Source of the DNA: Glycera tridactyla | Taxonomy: Eukaryota | Assembly: GCA_965644265.1 (NCBI GenBank) | Contig: OZ286467.1 | Location: 45,818,001-45,882,000, forward strand | Reading direction: 5' to 3' | Length of the DNA stretch: 64,000 nt | Shown here: positions 50,632 to 61,192 of the stretch, one piece after another | Layout: each line of letters starts with the position of its first letter | Numbering within the stretch: position 1 is the first letter of the stretch | Notes under the pieces: generated by a model | What the model was told of the DNA's origin: nothing | The model's database searches: none | Seen by the model: the letters and a program-made list of their open reading frames with translations, nothing else | Program-made: the position numbers and the translations under genes

Positions 50632-52879
50632 GCTTGTCTTCCTGTGTTTGTCTGTCTGTCTATTATGGAGATCCTCCATGGTTGTCACCTCAAGATCCTA
50701 CCTCTTCTCCAGCAGCAATATTACATTTCATTCTAATACGTAACACTCCACACATAATCTTCATGTTTACTGCATATCAAGTACAATATTTCCACAAATA
50801 TCTCTTATTCGCACTATTTATGGAGTTATGGTACCAGAGACGAGTTTCACACCTAACCATGTTTCAACAACCACCCATTGACAACTTTTCCTGAAATAAC
50901 ATAACTGATCCTGATAGTTTTCATGGTAGAATATCCGCTGGGTATTATCTTGGCAGACGCTGAATGAAGCACGCTGCACCTACAGCAACCCATCGAATAT
51001 CTGTATACGGTGACGACTGGTGATCATGACAGCTGTTAACCATGGCAATTGTGTGTTGTTGTTGGTGTTTTTCAGCAAGTGCTGTTCCGAGCAGACAAGC
51101 AGCAGCGACGTCAGAACACGACCCTGAAGGGCATGACGTGGCGTGACGTCAATCCAGGAGAGACGGGGATGTGGGACGACGAGTTGAAGGGCATCCCCGC
51201 CGTCGTGCCGTCACGTCTCGGCGCCGGATGTAAGAGTATCGACGTCAGATACGTCGTCTCGGTGAGTCATACCACGTCACTGTGTAACAACTACTCCCCC
51301 CCCCCCCCCCCCGCCTACCAGGGTACTACAGGTCGCTCATATACATAATGGTAAAAGGGGGGTAACACTGTGGTCACCATTCTTGATACTAGATATGACA
51401 CCGGGAATGTATATCATGTAAGAGGCCTAGAAGAAAGAGTCTTGAATGATCCCACCCATGCTCATTGCATGGATGTCTTGATATATCCCAGGTGGTGCTC
51501 ATTGGGCTTTAAACAACCAAGAAATCTACTCCATGCTCATCAGGGCGCTTCATTTATTTTGGGACAAAACGATGCCAGTCAAGCGAGGTTGAGTGGTGGT
51601 GGGGGTGTAGGTTGATTGGTAGGTTAGTTCACATCCCATGAGCACAGTTTGGTTTATACTAAGATGCCTATGTCTTGAGTTGGGTGGATCATTTAAGTTC
51701 CCTGCAGGGTCTCCACGGAAAGTGAGAATAATCACTTGTAATTACTCAGATTGTAACGGCTCAGGGGTCAGATTCTCAGGATTCTTGGTGACCCGCATTG
51801 AAACTCAGTCACACAGTTTCTTCCCATTGTTGATATTTCTCCTCTCCCTATCAAGAATAGGATGGCAGCTTGCATTCACTGCTTGCATGATCATCACATA
51901 ACAACATGAGTGCCCCATCTGTTGGCAGAGATTGACATCAGTCTCAGTAGAGGGTCTGGATAGTTCCCCGATGGAAGGATAGGTGGCTCTAGGGAATGAT
52001 ACAATGTCCTGGCCTCTCACTGCGTATTTCGGGATGAAAAGACGACTACAAAACATTAGACTGGGCCGGATTCTCATTTTGGTGTATTATATGTGCAGAA
52101 ATGTATTCGTTTTGTCAAATATATGATGGTTTGGTCGGGCTTCTCGCGCAGTTGCTGATTAAACAACAGTATTTAGAGTAAGTGACTGGATTAGGCCAAT
52201 AGTCCTTAGGGGAAATAGGACAATTGGGGGCAATGGTCATAGTTGAAACAGTGACGAATCCACGTTTGAAGGATTACGTGATAATATCATAAGCCTTGCC
52301 GGATAATGTTTTATATAGTGGGCCTTCTTTACCCCGGTTCCACAGATAGTTATTTCTTGCACAAACTATACCCTTCTGATCCTATATATGATGAAAGAAT
52401 ATTGAGGGAGAATTGCATTATACTGTTATATGCCTAAACTCTTAGGAGGAACTGCATATCCGGTACGTATTTCCTGCTCAGAACCTGAACCGTGTTGATG
52501 GGGGCAAAATGACTGTCAAATGGTGATAGCTGTCACCTACCTTACACGTTATTAGATACATTTCGACGAGCTATGTGTGGCTTCGTATGCAGTGACAAAC
52601 AATTGAGGCATACATGGTGGGTGGTAGTGGAAGTTGAAGTGTTCCCGTCTTGTTTGGTTTCAGTTGACGGGTCGTCCGAAGGGTCCCGGCAAGCCGCTGG
52701 AAGTGTCGGCCGAGGTGATCATCGGTACGGTACCCCTGCGAAAGACCGAGTCCACCACGCCTATACTGACGGTGAAAGCTGCAGCCCGGCACGCCAAGGA
52801 GGGACTGTCCCTACCCACCACCTCCAGGGGACAGATGCGTGCAAGTCCCAGGCCCAGTCCAGAATTCAGGCGTAAATAA
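26041..52879 (+). CDS. ARRDC-like: Arrestin domain-containing protein (alpha-arrestin, ARRDC family); 6 coding exons, 352 aa
   Basis: Manual splice join(26041..26164,32929..33066,44290..44501,50389..50571,51076..51261,52664..52879) = 1059 nt, open from ATG to TAA, with GT-AG introns and phases 1,1,0,0,0 all consistent. Family signatures recalled from knowledge: WPFTLRLPPYIPASFEGQYGRVQY (Arrestin_N), ACCPTGPI, GFVSGQNVPFSVSINNGS and VIIGTVPL (Arrestin_C). The exact orthologue cannot be assigned. Confidence 0.95.
29523..29654 (+). repeat. Degenerate 33-bp tandem repeat, 4 copies
   Basis: Units start at 29523, 29556, 29589 and 29622, with core TT(T/C)NTNAAAGCACCA..GAGC. Confidence 0.8.
31080..31520 (+). 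mobile_element. Decayed non-LTR RT fragment in arrestin intron 1
   Basis: QHGFRSDRTT at 31084 (QxGFRxxRST motif) and GVP-GGVSS near 31462 (GVPQGGVLS) at plausible spacing, interrupted by stops. Confidence 0.55.
32929..33066 (+). CDS. ARRDC-like: alpha-arrestin exon 2 (GVKFFLQGISRVNWDEKRAYTKGASGNVSHKNVDVYLDEPLFLLSR)
   Basis: Acceptor TTGCAG|, donor AG|GTAAGA, 138 nt, phase 1-1, open frame. Confidence 0.92.
33075..33430. repeat. Compound (TCTA)n/(TGTC)n/(TCCA)n microsatellite spanning an N-gap
   Basis: Direct reading; starts 8 nt after the exon 2 donor. Confidence 0.95.
38745..39058. repeat. AAC/GAC trinucleotide mosaic followed by (CA)n at 38983-39058
   Basis: Direct reading of the sequence. 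Confidence 0.95.
41030..41268 (-). other. Open exon-like segment antisense in arrestin intron 2 (DITLTNSEPEMMWNLEGCQVEVA...GWKLTLKPDRNVFFLQSAALDTWKSIRFRDY*)
   Basis: TTCTCTCCCCTGCAG| acceptor-like site, 79 open codons to TAA, and a homologue at 5219-5468. Function unknown. Confidence 0.35.
41729..42266. mobile_element. Non-autonomous DNA transposon (MITE), ~537 bp, with TIRs, TSD and subterminal TTCAGTAG repeats
   Basis: CATACCTGCCAA at 41729 and TTGGCAGGTATG ending at 42266 form a perfect 12-bp inverted pair. GTACAAGC is found at both 41722-41729 and 42266-42273. There are 4 TTCAGTAG copies inside the left end and 4 inside the right end. Confidence 0.9.
43460..43815 (+). mobile_element. Decayed LINE ORF2 C-terminal fragment in arrestin intron 2
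   Basis: RLEYVQQKA..TSVGKML..WLDLEQ..LALSYKIVHH..FFHGTVTKYNSLP, assembled across frameshifts. Confidence 0.75.
44290..44501 (+). CDS. ARRDC-like: alpha-arrestin exon 3 (VEGNVLRAGRYDWPFTLRLPPYIPASFEGQYGRVQYWAKAVLDQPWKKDTEITKPFTVAGTLDLNTENEAK)
   Basis: Acceptor TTTCAG|, donor AAG|GTGAGG, 212 nt, phase 1-0. Contains the PxSFEGxYGxVxY signature. Confidence 0.96.
50389..50571 (+). CDS. ARRDC-like: alpha-arrestin exon 4 (KPAEATGEVMVGPACCPTGPIKGSLSLPNRGFVSGQNVPFSVSINNGSSKGLRDVHVTLVQ)
   Basis: CTGAC branch-like site then TTTCAG| acceptor, donor CAG|GTGGGT, 183 nt, phase 0-0. Start of Arrestin_C. Confidence 0.95.
50591..50660. repeat. (TCTG)n microsatellite
   Basis: Direct reading; about 20 nt after the exon 4 donor. 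Confidence 0.97.
51076..51261 (+). CDS. ARRDC-like: alpha-arrestin exon 5 (QVLFRADKQQRRQ...PAVVPSRLGAGCKSIDVRYVVS)
   Basis: Acceptor TTTCAG|, donor CG|GTGAGT, 186 nt, phase 0-0. PS.L..CK.I.V.Y motif. Confidence 0.94.
51437..51520 (+). mobile_element. SINE-like repeat, copy 5 (arrestin intron 5)
   Basis: GAGTCTTGAATGATCCCACCCATGCTCATTGCATGG..ATATATCCCAGGTGG..TTTAAACAACCAA. Confidence 0.8.
51611..51703 (-). mobile_element. SINE-like repeat, copy 6 (inverted relative to copy 5)
   Basis: Reverse complement reads GGGAACTTAAATGATCCACCCAACTCAAGACATAGGCATCTTAGTATAAACC..GTGCTCATGGGATGTGAACTAACCTACCAA and aligns by eye with copy 5. Confidence 0.65.
52664..52879 (+). CDS. ARRDC-like: alpha-arrestin exon 6, terminal (LTGRPKGPGKPLEVSAEVIIGTVPL...SPRPSPEFRRK*)
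   Basis: Acceptor TTTCAG|, IIGTVPL end-of-domain motif, TAA at 52877-52879. Confidence 0.92.
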   Translation: MTGRPKGPGKPLEVSAEVIIGTVPLRKTESTTPILTVKAAARHAKEGLSLPTTSRGQMRASPRPSPEFRRK

Positions 52880-55824
52880 CCACCGTCGTCATCGAATGTT
52901 TGAAGACGCCATCGTGGTAACCCCGTAATGACGTCGCCGTCGTGGGAATTCCCAGTGATGACGTCATAATCGCGGGACGGCATCGAGGTTTCCCTCCTGA
53001 GGACCACACAAAGCCAGTGCGCACTTCACACAGGTTTAGACGATCATTGATGAGACCTAATGTTATGTGAAGTGTACACCGACCCAGTTCATCATCAGAC
53101 ACTAGTCGTGGGATATTTCTCACTAATCTGACGGCGTTGATTGCCTCAGTCTTTGTTAAAAAACACGCTAGGATATGTGGTGAGGGATATCATCACTGAT
53201 CCATCTGATGATGATGAATTTAATCCTTTTCAAAAATGATCACTTCATATTCAGAAAAGATCTGATTTCGTAGATGAACCTCGTTTAAAACGCACAGAGC
53301 AATGTTGAATGGAGATGATTCATTTTGCATGTATCATACTTGACATAGTTTGGCATATTTTCTGGTATCACACGCAATTTATACAAGACATGGGTATCTC
53401 CCTCACACAAGGAATTTGCCACGCTGATAATGATAACATTAGTCTTTTTTCTGGCATGAGGTTCTCTTTTGAATAAGCAAGCCCAGCAATGATTCATCAA
53501 AAAAGAAGCAGCATCCCATTGAGGCTGTTCATTTCATTTAGTCCCCGCGCCCTTTTTGACGAGTATGGTGGGGAGATTTTACTGAGAAAAAAAAGAAAAA
53601 AAAAGAAATTATTTCGTGAAGTCCACATATTCGAGACCATTTCATCGCACACTGGATACCATGGATTGGGGTGAATTGATACAAAAACCATTAAAGTCTA
53701 GGTCCTCCCACAAAGGAGTCTGTTGAATTCTTCAAGTCTCAGTAAGTGGCATATGACTTCATCATGGAGATCTGACTTCAATTGAGGTGTTAGTCATCAA
53801 AACAAGGACTCATTCTAATTTATGCCACACACCATTTCCACGCGATTCCGGGTGAAAGACCATTTGGACTTCAAGATCAAGAGTGGGTGATGTCATGCTT
53901 GGTGTTGGCATCGAGAAAATAGAGATTTGAGAAAATCCAGCAAGGACACGGCATTCATGGAACGTTCTGTTGACGCCCATGACGCTCAAATTCACGTCGA
54001 TTGCGTCACAATGACGTCACAGTCTCAATCTCATTTAGTTTTCGTCATCAGTGTAAAAAACAATCAGGGGAAACAACAGCGGCACTTTATCCGATCGGAA
54101 TGCTAGAAACCGTCTGCAGAGATCACCTCCATCAAGTGCATAGAGAAAGAATGCAGAATACATGGACTAGCAATGGAAACAATCTGATAACATGGTGTCG
54201 TAAAATAGATCGAACATATATGAGCAATCTGCATTTCATCTTTTTCGTCTGTTGATTGCTAATCAAATTGGACATAGATTAAACTATCACAGAGAAGCAA
54301 GGTAATATGTTTCATTGATGCTTCTTGGTTGCAAGTAGTGAGACACGGTTTCACTGATGTGCAGAAGTACGGAGTGCTTCTAGGCGCATGAGATGTCATC
54401 AGAATCTGGTTCAGTCATCAGTGTGAATAAGTTATCGCTGACAGGAACCGGTTAGATTTTTAGGGAGGAGCAAGAGGAGGTGTGAGTGTGGGTGTGAGAG
54501 AGTGGGTGTGAAATGTTTCGATTGAATACTACTTCACTTCAGCGAGTCAGGTGAAATTTGATTATGTTTTTGTAAAGAGTTATCGGGAGAAGTGGCGAAT
54601 GAGGATGAATATCAATTGGGATAAAAGATCTCCCTGCTGAACACGCGGTACAATTTCAGCGTATTATTTCGAATGGGGAAGCCCAACAAAAAAGTTTATA
54701 CTACTTTTAAGATGCTAGGCCTTATTTCGAGCAATAGGTCAAATTGAATGATAATAAGCATAACCCATCTCACAACCTTGTGGGACCCATTTGTCACATC
54801 TCCCGTCAATTCTTGCTTTTATCCCGTACTTGTTTGGGGTGCAATGAAGAGGGTAAGTCCAAGCACTTAAATGTTGCATAGTGATGTCATTTCTTCGCCA
54901 TCACACCTTTACAACCCGCTTCATTGAATTTTCTCCAGATCAGGTTAGGAATAAACCGATAGCTCTGCCCAGTCATTGAGTCATGTAATGTTTTACATTG
55001 TTAGTCTTGTTGTACTTGTCCTGTATTGTCCTGTATTTATCATACGCGTCCTGTATTGTCCTGTCTGTCTTGTGCAAGTCATCGACATTAACACTTTTTT
55101 GTGACGTCATCTTGGTCATTGGCGTCACCATGGATACGGTGACGTCATCATCATCATGGATAATTACTGCATGCGCTTGTCATTTTGCGGAGTGTTGTTG
55201 CGCAGGTTATCTGCGGTGAACTGTTTTGTGATCTCGTGGCATTCGAGTGCAGAAAGAAATCTGGATGGGAATAAAAATAAGATCACTATCTCCGCCTTCT
55301 CTTCTTTCTTTCTCCTGTCTACGTATGTTCTATTAACAACGGAAGACATTCAGTGAGGTGCCTATTGGTTGGAGTGACATCTCGTGACAACTGGAAGAAG
55401 TATCAGTTGCAGAATGAGTGGTTCAAATTCACATTCAAACAGATCAATAAAACATGCATATTTTCCATTGACCTGAAAGACTGTGATTATCATATAATTC
55501 AAAGTTATCAACTAAGATTTCTAATAACTTTCTTAGTACGTCAGTATAAGTAGATTCTCCATTAGTTGTATCTCGAGCATATGAGGTACATGATGCATCT
55601 GTTGTAGGTTATTAGTCACATTAGATGATGAGGATGACTTATCAATTTGAATGTACATGTACCATAATTTTTGTCAAAAAGCACTTGGAATTGTATCTCA
55701 CATTTGGTAGTCCTAGGAACAGGTAATGGAAGTCACCTCACTGCAAGTACTAGGCAATACGACCTGATGTGATATTTGTCAAAATAGGGAGATTTGTGTG
55801 TCATTAGCCCTGAATATAGAGCTG

Positions 55825-56440
55825 ATCATGGTCACATCATAGCTGAGATAAACACCCTCCTACTAGGTGCCCTGCAAATGCCCGACGATAATCATGACTC
55901 TTTCAGGTTTCGAGAAGATATTCATATAGTAACCCTCGCAAACAAGCGAGTTAATGCACATGTCCATTTGTTTTCCCACACAACGTGGCAATGATTCACC
56001 TAGTGGTGTTTTCATGCCTATTCATCTGTGTACATATCTTCCATTGTAAAGTCAAATGTACACGAGCTCGGGAGCGCCACCATGAGTATTTTGCGTGAAT
56101 CGTTGACATGGTGGATAGCTGGTAGATGGCGCCTCAACAAACCAGTAACCGTATTTCTGCGATTGTTTCTTCCTGACATCGATTTTCACATAAACTTGGA
56201 TTGTTTTCGGATGGGAATTACGGCGATGACCTCTTTTGCCAATATCCAAAGAGCAAACAGGCTGTGGAGCCATGAAACAACCAGGACTGCCAGGTGGCCG
56301 CCTCATGAACGGCAAGAAAGTTCCAACAAGCCAATAACAAGCATTCGCCAAAGAGTATCTTGCAAATGCAGTGAACGTACTTGTAACAAATGTAATAATC
56401 GGTCAAAAAATGTGGGCTTTTCCCCAAGAGCATATTTTAC
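55825..56440 (+). mobile_element. Decayed Academ-like DNA transposase, C-terminal part
   Basis: Motifs occur in the order I recall for Academ-type transposases: H..AEINTLLL (HEEADT.LLH), EDIHIV (DTDV), FHAYSSVYISS at 56010 (FHAxTGCDxxS), NIQRANRLW (HxxRAxYQxxxW) and VSCKCSERTCNKC (Cys cluster). Based on motif recall only; no TIRs found. Confidence 0.55.
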
Positions 56441-57560
56441 CAGTGAGTCTCACTCTACAGCTCGTGATGTATAAGATATGATTTCATTATACCGAAGCAT
56501 CTGACGGATACTACTGTTCATTTTTGCTTACCATCGCCCATATCGCCAAGGTGACAGACCTGTTTGTTATGGTCGAGCATTGTTTATGGTCTGGTGCCGG
56601 CCATTGTAGTGAGTTCTCATGCTTGACAAAGCTTGTCCCAATCAACCGAAACACCAAAGATTTTTTTCGAGAGATAATTGAATGTATCTGGTTGATTGTT
56701 ATTCGTCTCAACAACACTTAATGTCATATGTATGGGAGGAGATTATTCCTAATAGTAGGTGACGCTCAATGAAGATTATATACACGTACACATTGTTTCT
56801 ATTCATATAGAAAAGAGAGGATCACCGGAGACAATTCCCATCTCTCTTAAATCAGATATTGTGATGGCAACTTCGACAACCCGCACACGCTGCATATGGG
56901 GTGTAGTCCAGAGACCAGAGTCTGTCTGATGTGCTGAAGATTTCTGATGTCGAGGCTGGCAGCATTCTGCCTTTTGTGTCTTTTGAGGACCTCGAATGGG
57001 GTGTGTGTGCTAGGGGATGGATGAACAGAGAACAGGGAAAACCTGCGTTGAATCCACATCAATCATCCTCTAAGTTGAGAGAATAAAAAAAGAGTGGGAA
57101 TCCCACTTACATCACGATAGGTCATCTAACGTTGGCTGCTACTGACCGTTCTGCTGATCCCGAATAGATGAGAGGTTTTAGTGTACGTAGATATACCAGA
57201 CACGACATGCTACTCAACAGAAAAGAATGCTCTGAATTCGACCTGGGGGGAGCCTTTTGTCTGGGCTCACTATTTTATCCATATCCAGTTGACGGTTAGT
57301 AGTCCTGAAAACCAAAACCTGCATCAAAGCATTATGTCAGGCTGTATCCTTACATTCAGACCCTGTGTCAGTATGTACGAGCATTTCCAGTGTTCTGTGA
57401 ACTAGCTATGGTATATATTCCGTGCATGACAATTCACCGAGATATTTTAACAATGGTTTCAACTGCTGATGATTTATACTCTGGACTAATAATTCACATA
57501 ACGCATCTATCTGGTGGATTGGAAATTCAAGTGACACGCCCTAAATTCTGGTAGATCGGG

Positions 57561-57630
57561 GAAATTCAGGTGACGCATCTGACATCTAGTGGACTGAAAC
57601 TCAGGTGACGCATCTGGCATCTAGTGGACT
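57561..57630. repeat. 35-bp tandem duplication, each unit carrying a CTCF-like motif on the minus strand
   Basis: GAAATTCAGGTGACGCATCTGACATCTAGTGGACT followed by GAAACTCAGGTGACGCATCTGGCATCTAGTGGACT. Confidence 0.9.
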
Positions 57631-58811
57631 GAAAATATAGATGGCGATGGGCTGTATTCTCCATCCATGATTTCTCATTTGAGAGAACATCTGATATACC
57701 AACCATAAGATGTTGGGCACTCAGCTTTTGAAGTGACATCATTCAACACACTGAGGTTATCCACCTCACACATTGTAAATTCTCACATTTCTTTTTTTCG
57801 CGATCTTCAAGTAGCCACGTCGTTTAGTTTCAGCAGTTTGCTAGGACTAGGGTCTGGAGTCATTCATCGTTATACTGTGATCTAAATATATGATAATCAT
57901 ATCAATCACCAAGAGCTTGGACAAAGTTATCAATTCAATAATCTGAATAAATCTACATGATTGCCATTGCTTGTTCTGTGTCATCTATAATTGACTGATC
58001 TTGGGTTCCATTAGTCTACCACCTTATACGGCACGGACTGATGACTCTCAGTCACATGTTATGGTGAAAAGCAGTGAGGGGGGGCAATCCTACATATAAG
58101 TGAGCAGCTTTTCACATCTCAACTTCACATCTGAATTCTACTTGATGGTAATAGCTGTCAGGAGCTAATACCTACCTTGCATAAAGTGTTTTCATGTCAG
58201 TGTCTGATTCATATTAATGAACTGCATCAAGATGAGATTTGTTGTATGAGCATTCATAACCACAATAATAATAATAACATCAAGATAGCATGCACTGTGC
58301 ACGGGTTGGTAATGGCAAAACAATATTATAGACATTATGAAGTGTCTGACCCCTCCCACCCACCCCGCCCATGTACTTGCGCAATACAGAAAATGAGTGA
58401 AATATTAGTAAATCAGGCTTGAAATTGGAATTGCAATCCTTCAACTGTGATACGACTGGTCCCGGTTATCTGGTTCCAAATAGAATATCTCTCAATTCTT
58501 CCTCAGATGAGATGGCCTTGGCTATGAGCCAAAATTCAATTCCAGTAACACGGCAGCAACAACTTCGGAACGTGGCATAACCTTTAACTGGGAAAGTTTT
58601 ACTCTGTTTTACACAGTGCTACGACTGTGGATCAAGTTATGTATATTGTACATTCGTCCAACGGTTGATTTAGGAGAATTGTGTGTGCGATCAGTCCTAG
58701 AAAGCAGCGGTTCCAGCTCTGAACTCGATTCAATAGATAAATATGTATACCGATTAAGACACAATACATAGTCCTAATCCAAGGACGAAAGACGGAATAA
58801 ATTTGGATATA

Positions 58812-58987
58812 CAGTCGGTCATCCCTATGAAGACCGCCTTCGGTCGCATAAAAAGTGGCCTCATAGGGAGGTGGTCTTTATGGAGAGGTCATTTACTATT
58901 GGAAATACTACCACAGTCGCAGTTCAGGGCGGTCTTTATAGGGAGGTGGTCTTTATAGAAAGGTGGTCTGTAGAAGAGGTTCGACTG
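58812..58987. mobile_element. Tc1/mariner (pogo/Tigger-like) MITE, 176 bp, TA target duplication
   Basis: TA|CAGTCG... at the left end and ...AGGTTCGACTG|TA at the right end, with internal GGTGGTCTTTAT repeats. Related fragments are probably at 14785-14830 and 60905-61025. Confidence 0.8.
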
Positions 58988-60254
58988 TAGTAATATAAAA
59001 TATTTGACTATATCCAAATTCATTCCGTCGTTCTCCAGCCACCTCCTCTCACATCAGCACGTAATTCAAATATTGAGTAAAGGGATTATACCATCAAAAT
59101 ATATGAATATGATGTACCCAAAACATGATGATCATCAAAGAAATATCTGAATCAACATCTCTCGACACACATACCATCCACACACTGAACCAATTTCAAT
59201 ATACCATAAACAAAAAGGATGATTATGAATATGATGAAAGCTATTACTATCCAAAAAGCACTACAGCACCATCTAACTGCAGGTGGATATGATAGAGCTG
59301 TAGGAAGTCACCAATGGCATCAAGCCCGAAAAGCAAGGCAATATATGGCTCACTTCCCCTCACTCATCAGGCTGCATTCTTTCTTCCCCCCGTTCTTGAG
59401 TTGAAGGAGATAGATCTGACTGATTATATGAAAGCTCTTGGTGGCATGAATGTCTCAAATGCAAGTGCATGGCTATATTTCTACTGAAATCATTGATAAG
59501 ATAAGATAAGATAAGATAAACTTTATTTAACAAAAGTCATGAGACCATGAGGGTCATATCACATGCTGATGTTCCAGAGCAAATCAAAATAACCAAGAAG
59601 TATGCGTATCCGGGAACAATGATTGAAACAGTGATAAACAGGAACATGATGAGTAGATATGAGGATAATGATATGAAGGTGAGTGAAAGCAAGTTCAAGA
59701 GGAATGTGGATACTACCAATTGTCAACTATGCAGTCGTCATCTGCGACGGGTGCAATCAAATATATTTTGACAACCATGATAAACTGTTGAATTGCACAT
59801 TAAAGGTAGTACTCAGCAAAAACTTTCGAACGCCAATAGTTGAACTCCATAGGGGGGTCTGGTAAAGACAATAACAGCGACTGTCCACTGATGGTAGGTA
59901 TGTAGAGACATCTATTGGGCAATTGATTTGCAGAGGAGAGACATCTGTCGGATTGCATTGATAACTAGCGATCCGCATCATTATTAATGATGAAATTAAC
60001 TCATCATCATCGTCGTCGTCCTCCTCCTCCACCCCCTCATCGTCGTCATTGCTGTTTTCTTCATCGTGGATACGGTAATAAAAGGGTGCAATTCAGATTC
60101 GACACTCTCTTTGAGGTATGTGTGATGTGTCGATTAAAGCAAGGAAGACAGAAGCCATGGTTGAGGAAGGTGCAATGGGAGGCGTATGAGTAGGTGTGAA
60201 CTGGGCCAGTAGGCCACTGAAGGATAGCATGAATGTGCAAAGAAACAAGCTAGG

Positions 60255-60428
60255 CAATCAATCAATCAATAAATCACCAGGCAGGGTTACATCCAGGATT
60301 TTAGTTGGTCTGGGAAAGAGTGCTAGGCATCCTCCAAGAACACCTTGCTTGCACAGGTAGGGGGTGGTGACAAGCCCTCTCTCAGGAATCTGGGGCAAGC
60401 GGTCCTCCGGGTGCGAGTCATGAGTGAG
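60255..60428 (-). mobile_element. Possible decayed SINE with (TGAT)n tail
   Basis: The minus strand starts with tRNA-like GACTCGCACCCGGAGGACC..AGATTCC and ends in TTGATTGATTGATTG. Confidence 0.35.
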
Positions 60429-61119
60429 CTGCCCGTGTATTTGTCCTATGCCGTTATGGCCATATTCCAATGAAAGCTGCTGTGTTCGCAAAGTCTGTCG
60501 AATCAACATAATTCGCGCTCTCCGCCACAGTTTGGTCATTGTTTTCAAGACAGAATGTATTCTTGCATCATATCAATCACAGATCAAGTAATATTTCCCC
60601 AAATTAACTCCGAATGGTGGTGCTTGGCACAATTTATCAGCGCATGTGAAGGAAAGCGTGAGCATAAGCATTCCGATGACCCAATTTGCAGCTCTGCCAT
60701 TGGCTGAGAGGCGTGTTTAGTGTAGTCTTTACCAAATACTTTTTGGTGCACTAGCCCGTTGAGCTAGTAGGTCCCTTGTTTTACTAGCCCAACCATATTC
60801 TGTAGCCTGAAAAAATGAGATTGTAGTACGTCAAAATGTCAGGGTGAAGGTGATTCACTACTCATTCACTACTCATCTGAACTTTTTGCAATGAAATCTG
60901 CCCTGAATAAACTAGAAGATGCGGTCTCTCAAGTGCTCTCTCATCCAAGGTATATCATATGACTATTTCAACTGTAAACTTTATCAATGAATGGTTGTCT
61001 CATCAGAGGTGGTCTCTCTTGTTAGTAGGTGCAGAGTTTCCATTCACAGTTCCAGTTATATCTCAACATCCAGATACTGATAAATGTTGATTACACCAAG
61101 TTTAGGCATGATGCTGCAT

Positions 61120-61185
<66 letters not shown>

Positions 61186-61192
61186 ACACACA
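61120..61192. repeat. (CA)n microsatellite
   Basis: Direct reading of the sequence. Confidence 0.99.

Noticed and set aside
52877-52906. Stop-codon readthrough restoring a PY motif (TAA CCA CCG TCG TCA..)
   Set aside because: Readthrough gives PPSSSNV*, with no Tyr, so no PPxY is gained.
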